Shown here: piece after piece, positions 37,801 through 48,295 of the stretch
Numbering within the stretch: position 1 is the first letter of the stretch
Layout of the letters: each line of letters begins with the position of its first letter
DNA from: Rhynchobatus australiae
Taxonomy: Eukaryota
DNA length: 64,000 bases
Direction of reading: 5' to 3'
Assembly (NCBI GenBank): GCA_034780895.1
Contig: JAUZTB010000107.1
Coordinates: forward strand, 40,584,671-40,648,670
The notes under the pieces: model-generated
Told to the model about the DNA's origin: nothing
Database searches by the model: none
The model's input: only the letters and a program-made list of their open reading frames with translations
Made by a program: the position numbers and the translations under genes

Positions 37801-39283
37801 AAGAATTTGTCCCCATATGCAGCTGCTCACATTTAACTCACCACATCCCTTTAATTTTCACACACAGCCCTTTGAAGACTAATGATATGCCAGATTTGCC
37901 AACCCACCCCTTTCTTTTGAGCTCTCAGCCCAATCAATGCTGTGAGCTTGCTCTTGTCGCTTGTGACATCTTTGCATTTTTGTCTTGCCTGTAAAATCTA
38001 CTCTTTAAAATGTGCAGGAGATACAGTGTCCTTTGTCTGCCATTCTCATGCAATTGGGATATGAAAACTGGGTGTTTCTTGCTGCGTGACGCAAATTTGT
38101 ATCGACACAATTGACATTCTACACGGGGAAGCAAACACTTTGTCTGTATTTGCTCTTAAGCTACAGTACCACCTGAATCCATCCTTGCATACATGAAAGG
38201 GAAAATAGTCATTTTCATATGATCCGCATATCTTAAGAAGTCAGGAAGGCTTTGCATTCATTTTTCTTAGTCTTTAAGTAACACAACACATAATGATATC
38301 CTATTTCAGAAGCCTCACAGTGTTTTCAATTCAAAGGCAGGAAGTACAAGGGAATAGCTGCAACACTATAATTACTGAGCATGAGATATGAACTACAGGG
38401 NNNNNNNNNNAAATAAATTAGATAGATGAATTATCAGAGCAAGAGGTGGTCTGATAATCCTTATTTAATACATGAATTCTGTGTGTTTATTGAACATATT
38501 TAAAATCTTTTTAAGCTGATAGGTTATGATAACTTTTTTACTTTCAGGATGATGCATGGTCTACTGTGCAGGAACATAAGTCAGATGGTGAATACTAAAT
38601 ACCACACAACTCATTGTGTCAATCTCATGTCAAGTTTTTGGACATTATTCACATTTCTTAAGTATTAATTTACACCTGCCTTTTAGCCTTTCCGAAATGT
38701 TTGAAGAATTGATGGCCACTTGCCAAGAAGTGATTAGGTAGCTAAGCTGATTTTCTAAATTGGTACAAATAGCTACCTAAACTACTGAAAATTCTTTTAC
38801 AGATAGGCACTGCGATGTTCTGGCAAATTCATACCCAGCACTGCAAGTGATTAAAATACTTCCTTAGCTCTCATGAGGTTACTCTCAGCTCCTCATAACG
38901 AGCTCTTGATCAGTTGAACTGTCATAACGTTTTTTTTAAACCAGCTTGTTCCACTCTCAATTGTAGAGCTTATTAAGGTGGGGGTGTGAAAAGCTGATGC
39001 AGTTGGGGTAGCAGGATAATCTGAATGATACATTCATATGTTAGTTGCTTTCTAAGAGTTCTGTCATCTAAGAGAACTGGTGACCAATACAACTCCTGCC
39101 ATTCAACTTCATTTTGATCTTTGTCCTCCACTGCTTCCAGTTCAGATTATAGAAAGGATACTTCCTCTTCATATCAGGATTATGCAACATTCAGTGTGGA
39201 ACCACAAATAGGAGCACTCTTGAGTTCCTCCTGAATGTCCTAAACTATCGGACAATGCCTGATTGATTGTGGCAATGGTTCAA

Positions 39284-39955
39284 TCAATTGGATCTCTAAG
39301 AGCATTAGAAGAGCCTTTACAGGCTTTCACCAGTGGCCAGATTACTGATATCAGTCATCGGTCATGACTCTGCAAGGGACATCAGTGATGTACTGGCCTG
39401 ATTGGATTAAGGGTAGCATGCACAAGCACAAGCACAAGATGCCCTCCAAAAAATTGGCACAGATATGCCTGGTGCACTAATGACTGTGGCCAATAACAAA
39501 TTGTACATCTTCTACCAAGAATGCAACACTATGATGGATAGCATGTAGGGCAATATCTGTAAAGTCTCTTGATCTTTCACGCTGAAAATGAGCCAGAGTT
39601 CCTGATAGTCATCCAACAACTTTGCACAGATGTGCTTGTGTGTGGATATTAGGTGAAGACAGAACCCAAATTGCTGCAATACCTCCCATGGAATTAGTTC
39701 CAGTCGCTCCTTGCACAGTTGAACATGCATGAAAATAGAATCACTAGAGGAGAAAATTGGAGGTGATGGTGGTAGGATTGAGGTTGGTGGGAGAGTGGAT
39801 TATGAAGTTGACGGTTTTGGAATAAAACTACCTGGTGTTGTTTTCCCTAGAGCAAGATCGAAGAATGGGGAGACACAGAGAAGATAGGTCCATGTGCAAA
39901 TGCGTCCAATGCTAGGACCTGTTGATAGGACTATTATTATCATCTCATGCTGAAA
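39284..39955 (+). pseudogene. Candidate endogenous filovirus-like element (VP35 C-terminal domain-like, then VP40-like), with stops and frameshifts
   Basis: Manual translation gives, in order: SIGSLRALEEPL / TGF / PVARLLISVIGHDSARDISDVLA*LD*G*HAQAQAQDALQKIGTDMP / RVPDSHPTTLHRCACVWILGEDRTQIAAIPPMELVPVAPCTVEHA* / MKIESLEEK...VHVQMRPMLGPVDR. These are collinear with remembered ebolavirus VP35 and VP40 motifs. No search was run. Confidence 0.55.
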
Positions 39956-40115
39956 ATCTTCTGTTAGAACACAATGTAGATCTTACATAAAATTACACAG
40001 AATGTACAACACAGAAACAGGCCATTCATCCCATTTGGCCTACACCAGACTTTATGGTCCACAGAATCTCCTCCATTTAACTTTCAATTTCTTTCCCACC
40101 TTAAGGTACGGCGTA

Positions 40116-40370
40116 GCGGCATGGTAGCGTAGCGGTTAGCGTGACACTATTACAGCGCCAGCGATCGGGGTTCGATTCCCGTCGCTGTCTGTAACGAGTT
40201 TGTATGTTCTCCCATGTCTGTGTGGGTTTCCTCCGGGTGCTCCAGTTTCCTCCCACATTCCAAAGACGTACGGGTAGATTAACATGGGATTTAAAATGGG
40301 GGGTGCGGATTTGATGGGCCGGAAGGGCCTGTTACCACGCTGTAAATAAGTTTAAAAAAATTTTTTTTAA
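40116..40370 (+). mobile_element. Full-length V-SINE with CR1-type tail, inside the inverted-repeat spacer
   Basis: TAGCGTAGCGG A box, GGTTCGATTCC B box, V-domain, and GGGCCGGAAGGGCCTGTTACCACGCTGTAAATAA tail. Confidence 0.9.
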
Positions 40371-40538
40371 ATTCATGCTTTTTTTAGCTTCTTAAAATAT
40401 CAATCTGTAATTATGTGATTTTCCACTGCATAGTAGGCTATGGACCAAGTGTTGGTAAATGGGATTAGTACAGATAGATAGATAATGATCAGCATGGACA
40501 TGATGGGCTTATTCCTCTGTTGTATGACTCCATCTATG

Positions 40539-40992
40539 CTATTCACCACAATTATTCCTGGTGACAGCAGATTCTAAATTCTCATCAGTTTTGGTGCTAA
40601 GAGTTTCTATTGCATTCCTATTTGACTTATTAGTGATAATCTTATTAACAAGTCCTAGTATTAGACTACCTTGCACACGGGCTTCTCTGTATCTCCCCTT
40701 TCTCAGGTTACCCCTCAATTTTACCCTAGGGAAAACAACACTGGGTAGTTTTATTCCAAAACCGTCAACTTCATAATCCACTCTCCCACCAGCCTCAGTG
40801 CCACCACCATCACTCCCAAACTTCTCCTCTAGCGATTCCATTTTCATGCATGTTCAACAGTGCAAAGAGTGACTGGAACTAATTCCATGGGAGGTATTAC
40901 AGCAAGCCGGGTTCTGTCTTCACCTAATCTCCACACACAAGCACTTCTGTGCAAAGTTGTTGGATGACTATCAGGAACTCTGACTTGTTTTC
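40539..40992 (-). pseudogene. Second, inverted copy of the candidate filovirus-like element; includes an open 102-codon ORF at 40539-40847
   Basis: Minus strand reads VRVPDSHPTTLHRSACVWRLGEDRTRLAVIPPMELVPVTLCTVEHA*, overlapping (ATGA) MKMESLEEKFGSDGGGTEAGGRVDYEVDGFGIKLPSVVFPRV...VQGSLILGLVNKII... Confidence 0.55.
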
Positions 40993-41999
40993 TCTCTGTG
41001 GTTCAACACTGCACCACAGCTGTATGCAATCACTGGAGCTTCAGTCAAACCCAAATGTGGCCCTGTCGATTACAAATGGAGAAGGAATTGCCTGATTTTA
41101 TTTGCAACTATTTGTTTCAAAGAGCAGATTTTTTAATTACAAAGAACTATGGGAAGACACAGAACTATTTGAACNNNNNNNNNNNNNNNNNNNNNNNNNN
41201 NNNNNNNNNNNNNNNNNNNNNNNNNNNNNNNNNNNNNNNNNNNNNNNNNNNNNNNNNNNNNNNNNNNNNNNNNNAATTGTTGCTTTTTCTTCATAAGACC
41301 AAGTCATGTTTTCAATGCTTCAACAATGAACTAAAACATCCAGAGTGCTGAAGAGTGGGGTTTCTCATTTACCCCAAAGCATCCAAAGTCTTGGAAGAAA
41401 GCTAGTGTATTTTTCTAGTGATGCCACTGTAGAGGTTTACCTAGGTCTCTACAAGGGCAGATCTAGTGTTGAACACATACATCCAGCAGGTCACCCACTG
41501 ACCTCAAGGTCAGCTGCAGATGTCACTGGCTACCTCCTGGCTTGTATACAAACCTCTCAGCATAGAACAACTGTTATTGCTACCACTTCAGCCATAGCAG
41601 CCCACATCCTCAGCCTTCAAGTGTGGGCTGAGTTGCCCAGTCATTTCCTTCTCATCTTGGTTTCTTTTCACTTTTTTCACGTCCCTTGCAAAGTCCATTG
41701 CTGAACTCTATTGGGCTTTCCAAGTCTCAGAATTCTTCTTTCTCTTCCTTCCTCCCTCTTCCCATTCCTCCCTCTGTCTTTTCCTCCCTCCCATTGTGAC
41801 AGGCTCCTTTAATTATTCAAGCTACTCAAATATTCCACTCTTTGCAATGGTGCTGTGACTGAACCCAGATAAACCTGTGCTATAACCATGTCAGTGAGTT
41901 GACTTCAGTAAGTGGGGTATAAATATCGGCTTGCCTGAAAACTGTTACCTAAATAACAGTGGCATTGGGAAATCGAGGATCACCACTTGCCTAGAATTA

Positions 42000-42480
42000 C
42001 AGAATCATGAAATTGAAGAATTATTGTAGCATAGAGGAGATAATCCAACCCATTGGGCACTTGTTGACTTTTTGTAAGGACAACCTAGTTGTCCCATTCT
42101 CTGAGTCTTTCCCCACTGACCTGCAACTTTTCTGCCCCTCAGTTTCTTATATAATTCTTTTTTGAAAGCCATTACTGAATCTGCTTAAGCTTCTTTGGAA
42201 TGAATTCCAATTTATAGTTGCTTCACTGTGTGAATATGTTTTCCTTCATGCCATCTTTGGTTTGCTTGTCAATCACCTTAAATCTGTTGTCCTTGACTCT
42301 TGCCGATGGGAACAATTCATTTCTTTCACTTTGTTCCACACCCTTCATGCTTGTGAATTATCTCTCTCAAGCTACCTCTCAACCTTCTGAGTTGTAATGG
42401 CAATGCTTCCAATCTCTCTGCATAACTAAAGTACCTCATCACTAGGACCATTCTACTAAATCTGTTCAGCACTGAGCCCT
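42000..42480 (-). mobile_element. Old CR1 LINE 3' fragment
   Basis: Decayed tail followed by GAATTCCAATTT..CACTGTGTGAA, CACCTTAAATCTGT and CCCTTCATGCTTGTGAA, the typical reverse CR1 pattern. Confidence 0.6.
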
Positions 42481-42598
42481 TTATCTCTTAAATATATCTA
42501 TGCTATTGGACAGAAATTATCTATGTAGCTATCTGTACATGGTCACTACTTTCTGGGTAACTCAGTTTCTCCTGAATATTTCATTAGAGATTAACATA

Positions 42599-43012
42599 CA
42601 GGCAGTCCCCAGGTTACCGAGGACTGTTCGTAACTCAATTTTTTGTAAGTCAGGAAAGAACAAAAACAGTGTGTGGTACAGGATCACAGTAACAGCTGTG
42701 ACAGTAGAGCAAGTAGGCTCGGGAAGAGCAGCTGCTAGCCAGCTTCACTGACTCAGTGAGTGAGTGAGTCTGCTCAGCGCTCCCAGCTCTGCTTGGCTTG
42801 ACCCAGGCCCCGATGGTTGTGACTCAGCAGGGGTGTGGGAGTGGGGTGCAGGTGGAGAAGGCACATGGAAGTGCCCTGTTCCCACCTAATAGAAGATACC
42901 TGCAACCACGCAGCAGCCGTCCAGTCCATCCCCATCCATCCAGCTGGTCTCCCAAACTCTTGTTCTCATTTATGGGGTGTAAATCGGGTATTCGTAACCC
43001 GGGGAGGATCTG
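42599..43012. mobile_element. Non-autonomous Tc1/pogo (Tigger-like) DNA transposon
   Basis: Imperfect TIRs CAGGCAGTCCCCAGGTTACCGA and TTCGTAACCCGGGGAGGATCTG; TA on the left flank, CA on the right. Confidence 0.6.
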
Positions 43013-43899
43013 CACTTAGAACCTCTACCTTTGAACTCCCCATGATAAACACCCTATTTTACCTCTACTAGGCAGCTCTTCAGTTTCTAGGGAAAAAGAG
43101 CCTCAGCAAGAATACTATTTTGGCAGAGAGTATGCTTTTGATTAGCTGATGAAGTGAACACAGATGTAATGTGTGAGCTTGTGATCTCAAGCACAAGAGT
43201 GAACTGAAAAATGATTTGAAACAAGTAAATCTGGTCTTACCAGAAGTATGTTCAAAGAACAAAAATATCTCTTTTTATATTAAATAGCCTTTGTAACCAG
43301 AAACAAGATTTCACTAGGATCATTTAATCACCTGAAAACATTCCGTATTTCATATTTTCAGAGTACAATATCCTCTCAGGCCAAAACAATTTTCAGATTA
43401 AACATAAAATCTTTGCAAGGTATTGGATTTTGGCATCATATTCAATATGGCAGTTAGCTGACAGTTAAGCAAGCAGTGGAAAATCTTTTACTGCAGGTCA
43501 CTGCAATTCATTCTACAGACAGGGTCCTCGCTGCCAACCTGCAAAGTCACAATTGTCCCATTCACTGGGTTCTGCTTTGTTGAGAATCAGAATCTTGAAA
43601 AACTTAATTTTGCTAACCTTAGCTGTGGTCTTTAATTCTTTCTATTTTTTGAGAGTTATTATTAGTTGAACTGCATTAATTTGGAGATGAATCTACACTA
43701 ATCAGCCCAGTTATTTTGGAAGACTATTTTCTACTAATATTTGGATTGAGATGTCTCACTGGTGTTTAAGTAATTACTTTATAATCTATGTTATAGATAA
43801 CCTTTGACTAAACAGACCAATGCATTCTTTTCTCCTCCAATACATCAACAAAATACTTTGAGTGCTGGCAATTCGAAATAAAAGTGTTTGAAAGGCTGA

Positions 43900-44395
43900 T
43901 TACCGATTGTCATTGCTATGAGGTACTGCTTTACCTGGAAGGAGTGTTTGGGGTATGGATGGGGGGGGTCGCGGGGAGAAGGGTGAAAGTAAAGGGGCAG
44001 AAATTACAATCCACGTGGTTGCATGGGGAGGTGTTGTGGAAAAGGGAGTAAATATTGATGGCTGATTCAGTAAGCACAGTATTTGTCTATGGTAATTTTG
44101 GATAATATTTCTGCCTTTCCCATTTACAACTATTCAGACCAACCTTTTGTTTTGTTATTTGGTCCATTATAACACCCGCTTGCCTATCATCCCTCTTGAC
44201 ATGTCATCTCCACTGCCTTCCATCCTATAACAGNNNNNNNNNNNNNNNNNNNNNNNNNNNNNNNNNNNNNNNNNNNNNNNNNNNNNNNNNATCTCTCACC
44301 TTCTGCATCTCTGAACGCTTGAAGCGTTAACTCCGTTTCTTGTCCCACAGATGCTGCCTGAAGTATTTGCAGCATTTTCTGTTTTTATTTCTCCT
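43900..44395. mobile_element. Penelope-like fragments (minus-strand linker plus plus-strand pLTR)
   Basis: CTTTACCTGGAAGGAGTGTTTGGG..GGTTGCATGGGGAGGTG (reverse-strand PCNH..PKHSFQVK), and TGAAGCGTTAACTCCGTTTC..ACAGATGCTGCCTGA. Confidence 0.55.
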
Positions 44396-44887
44396 CCAGT
44401 ACTTTGTTGTCACTTCAGGTTCTGATTGAAAACTTTCAATATGTTATATTATAACCTTCCAGGATTGTAGTATGTTTTTCCACCGAGGGCTGCCCTTGTA
44501 ATCTTTTGGTCTTAGGGTCCTATTCTTAGATAAGTGCAGAATTCGACTTTGCATTCATTCACTGTGGAGCGATGCCAATATATGCAGTGCAAATAGTGGC
44601 TCTTAAGAACAAAACACAATTGCGAATCAAAGTAAACCAGCTTGTTGGCAAAAATAGCACAAACCAACAGTTGTGTTCTGTACTTCCCTCTGGGCTTATT
44701 CAGGGTATGCTTTCATATAGGCACCAGCAGCATTTTAGTAAGTTGCTTAAGTAAATATTGTCTGTGCATGAACAAAGACAGCAGACTCAGCTACCACAAG
44801 GGGAATCACAATTCAGCCTGATGATTCTCTTGCAAGATGTCCTTGTGTATATTTTACAGTGAGGGAGAACAAACAGGAATCTGGAAA

Positions 44888-45184
44888 AAGATAAGATATC
44901 TTTATTAGTCACATGTACATCAAAACACACAGTGAAATGCATACTTCACAAAGAGCGTTCTGGGGGCAGCCCGCAAGTGTCACCACGCTTCCGGTACCAA
45001 CATAACATGCTCACCTTCCTAACCCGTACGTCTTTGGAATGTGGGAGGAAACCGGAGCACCTGGAGGAAAGCCAAGCAGACACATGGGGAGAACATACAA
45101 ACTCCTTACAGGCAGCAGCCAGAATTGAAGCTGGATCACTGGTGTAATAACATTACACTAACAACTACACTACCATGCCTACCC
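44888..45184 (-). mobile_element. Full-length V-SINE with Rex-type tail
   Basis: AAGATAAGATATCTTTATTAGTCACATGTACATCAAAACACACAGTGAAAT tail, plus reverse V-domain and tRNA head. Confidence 0.88.
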
Positions 45185-46069
45185 AGTGTCCAATTGTTCT
45201 GCTTATATTGTTGCTCCATTTATCAATGGTACAATGTTGCACAATAATAGAGACACTGGGTTAAGTGTAGTTGTCACTGGTTTGCCCCCTTGCTGAGCCC
45301 AATCAGATAATGATCATTTGCTGTCATTTCTCATAGGATTGCTAACTCACACAAGACTAGTGCCTGTTCTTAGTCATCAACTTTCCCCCTCCACATCGCT
45401 GTCATTTTGTAAACTTCCTTATGAAATGTATCTTTATTCAAGATGCTGCTTGGTTTAGTCCTGCTCCATGAATGGTCTGCATCAATATACATAAACTGAC
45501 AGTTTATCAATAGTCCAGTGAATTAGAATTTCAAAGATTCCCTGTCAGGTACATGATGAGAGGGGAATGGATTGCTGAGTGGATAACTGCATTCATTGTT
45601 TGGCAACAAACAATACTGACCAGGAACATACAAATCCCAGACTGTACTGACTTACTCAGAGTTGACTGAGACAGATGGAGTGTGGCATTGTGATCAACAA
45701 TAATCCTGCAGGGAAAGGTCACTCAGCTTCTCACTGCCGATCACTATTCAGTAGCTCTTTCTGGAACCTGTGCACCTGTGTGGAGATTACACGGGGACAG
45801 ATTCAATCTCAGTTCATGCTTCTCCCTCAAATGTACTGATGACTAACTTTTACAATCTTGGTTTACATGTGTTTATCTGGTTGAAGGAGTCCATCGGGCA
45901 TACTTCCTCTGAAAATCCACTTTAATATGGCTCTGAACCTTCAAGGGAGCCAACAAGAAAAGAAAAGATCCAACGTTATGATGTTCTACATTATTCTGTA
46001 ATTTGTGATCTATTTCCTATAATTCACATTTATGCATATAGATTAATGCTTGGTGAAGCTCTGTCAAAC

Positions 46070-47106
46070 TGTATTGATGAGAATGTAGTCCGCATGATTA
46101 GTAGGTTTGTGGATGTCATAACTGGTGGTATAGTGGGCAGTGAAGAAGGTTATCTAAGATTACAACCAGATCTAGGTCAACCGAAAAAGTGGGCCAAGTA
46201 ATGGCAGATGGAATTTAACTCGTGAGGTGAAGTGTTGCATTTTGGTAAGTTAAACTAGAGTAGGACTTACACAGAAAATGGCAGGGTCCCTGGAGAGTGT
46301 TGTAGAAAATAGAGACCTAGGGGTACAAGTAAATAGTTTCCTGAAAATGACAACACAGGTAGACAGGCTGGTGAAGCAGGCATTTAGCATGCTTACCTTC
46401 ATTAGTCAGAGCATTGAGGACAAGAGCAACAAACCATCTGCTGGGGGAGCTCAGGGGGTCGAGTAACATCTGTAGGGGGAAGGAATTGTTGATGATTCAG
46501 GTCAAAACCCTGTATCAGGACACCCTTGCATCAAGACCTTTGCAAGCGTAGGGATGACATGCTAATACTGTACAAATTGTTGGTGAGACCACACTTGGAA
46601 TATTATGCACAGTTCTGGTCACCTAGCTATAAGAAGGATGTCATTAAGTGGGAATGGATGCAGAAAAAAAATCCGAAGGATATTGCCAGGAGTGGAAGGC
46701 TTGAATTATAAGGAGAGACTGGATAGGCTGGGGCTATTTTCCCTAGAGCGTAGGAGGCTGAGAAGATAGATAAGATGAATGGGCACAGTCTTTTTTCAGG
46801 GTAGGGGAGGGAGCTTAACATTAGAGGGTACAGATTTAAGATGAGAGAAGAAAAATTTAAAGGAAACCTGAGGACCAACTTTTTCACACTGAGGGTGGTG
46901 GGTATGAAGAATGAGCTGCCAGAGGAAGTGGTAGACGTAGGTACAACTACAATGTGTAACAGACATTTGAACAGGTACATGGATAGGAAAGGTTTAGAGG
47001 GACATGGGCCAAATGCAGGCAAATAGAACTAGCTTAGGTGGACGAGTTGGTTGGCATAAACCAATTGGTCTAAAGGGCCTGTATCCTTGTTGTATAACTC
47101 TATGAC
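46070..47106 (+). mobile_element. CR1 LINE 3' kilobase (RT), decayed
   Basis: Degenerate FADD (FVDV), WQMEFN, RDLGVQV, LYKLLVRPHLEYYAQFWSPSYKKD, FKGNLRTNFFTLRVV and the CR1 tail. Confidence 0.92.
46427..46542 (-). mobile_element. Short Penelope-type terminal fragment nested in CR1
   Basis: Reverse complement of the pLTR end seen at 9556-9650; it interrupts a collinear CR1 and is flanked by CAAGAG and CAAGCG. Confidence 0.65.
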
Positions 47107-47607
47107 TCCATGTAGACATTGGTGCATGCACCAGTTCCCCATGACCAGCGCAGACCACTCTTTCTACCTTGCAGCAATAAACTCTCTGTATTGATGTAAA
47201 GGTCTATCCATTTATATTAATCAGTCTATTTATGATAGTAATTCACATTGTCAACAAACAACTCTTAGTATATAATACCTTGACAAGTAATCATCACTTG
47301 ACCCAAACTATTCATCAGATGTGATAAAATGGTGTCATCATAAACAGCAGTCAAAGTTAACAGCTTTGAAAGAAGCTAAAAATATCACAATTTTAATTCA
47401 CTGATCAGGCTGTCAAGATCGACATTTATTGCTCGTCCTTTCTTGCCCTTGAGAAGGTAATGCTGAGCTACTTCTTGAACTGCTGTGCTATTAGGTAGGT
47501 AGTCCCAGGATTTAGATCCAGCGATGATGAAAGACCAGCAGTATATTTCCACTTCAGGAACTCTGAATACAATAAGAAATAAAATTGTATTTACAAAGTG
47601 GAAAATA

Positions 47608-47766
47608 AATAAAATTGCAGATGCTGCAATCTGAAACAAGAACACAAATGCTGGAAAAACTCAGCCAGTTAAGCAGCATTTGTGGAAAGAGAAACCAGTT
47701 CATGTTTCAGGTCATAGACTCCTCATCAGGTTCAATTGGCTGAGCTCTTCCAGCATTTCTGTTTTT
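47608..47766 (-). mobile_element. Penelope-type pLTR end with hammerhead core and short fold-back
   Basis: The minus strand reads CTGATGA-GGAGTCTATGACCT-GAAA-CATG. AATGCTGGAAAAACTCAGCCA is inverted to TGGCTGAGCTCTTCCAGCATT. Confidence 0.65.
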
Positions 47767-48031
47767 CAAAGTATTTTTCAAAATAGTCAGCGGGGATGCA
47801 ATTCATACAGTTCACCCGGGATTAGTTTAGGAGGCTTTGGAAGACTTGGAGAATGTTGATTACTCCCTTGCCTTTGGAAAGAGAGCTCCAGAAAGCAGGT
47901 GGATAACGGCTGATTGAAGGGTTTCCAATAGTGGAGGAGAAAGAGCAGGAGAAAGTGATGCAATGTTGAAGAGGGGAGCAACATGGAAAGCTGGAGGATT
48001 TCCAGGTAAGCTAGACAGTTGCCGTGAGGAT

Positions 48032-48295
48032 AGGCTCAAGGTTAGCTTTTACCCTGCTGTTATAAGACTCTTGAATGGACCTTTTATACAATAAAGATAA
48101 ACTCTTGATCTCTCCCTTGCACTTTATTTGTCTACCTGCACTGCATCTTCCCTGTAATTTTAACACTATATTCGGCATTTTTTCCCTTTTGTTCTATCTT
48201 GATGTACTTACATATGGGACGATCTATCTGGCATGCAAATAAAAGCTTTTCACTGTATCTTTGTACATGTGACAATAATAAATCAATTACCAATT
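48032..48295 (+). mobile_element. Rex1/Babar LINE 3' tail
   Basis: Matches 51160-51440 (AGGCTCAAGG..CTACCTGCACTGCA..TTTTCACTGTA..GTACATGTGACAATAATAAA). Confidence 0.85.

Larger units (their letters stand above)
39584..40992. repeat. Long inverted repeat: arms about 39584-39940 and 40630-40992, spacer about 690 bp
   Basis: The arms are reverse complements with long identical blocks, e.g. CAGAGTTCCTGATAGTCATCCAACAACTTTGCACAGA and TGGTGGGAGAGTGGATTATGAAGTTGACGGTTTTGGAATAAAACTACC. Confidence 0.97.

Noticed and set aside
27944-38587. Micro-exon candidates on the plus strand (27944-27977 and 38548-38587) with AG/GT flanks
   Set aside because: They are too short, encode no recognisable protein and form no consistent exon chain; such matches are expected by chance.
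39512-39730. 72-aa minus-strand ORF (MHVQLCKERLELIPW...) as the true product of the inverted repeat
   Set aside because: The paralogous arm has a stop early in this frame, and the recognisable motifs are on the opposite strand.
39584-40992. Inverted arms as TIRs of a DNA transposon
   Set aside because: There is no TSD or recognisable terminal motif and no transposase in the spacer, and coding-like similarity extends beyond the arm boundary. Not fully excluded without a copy-number search.
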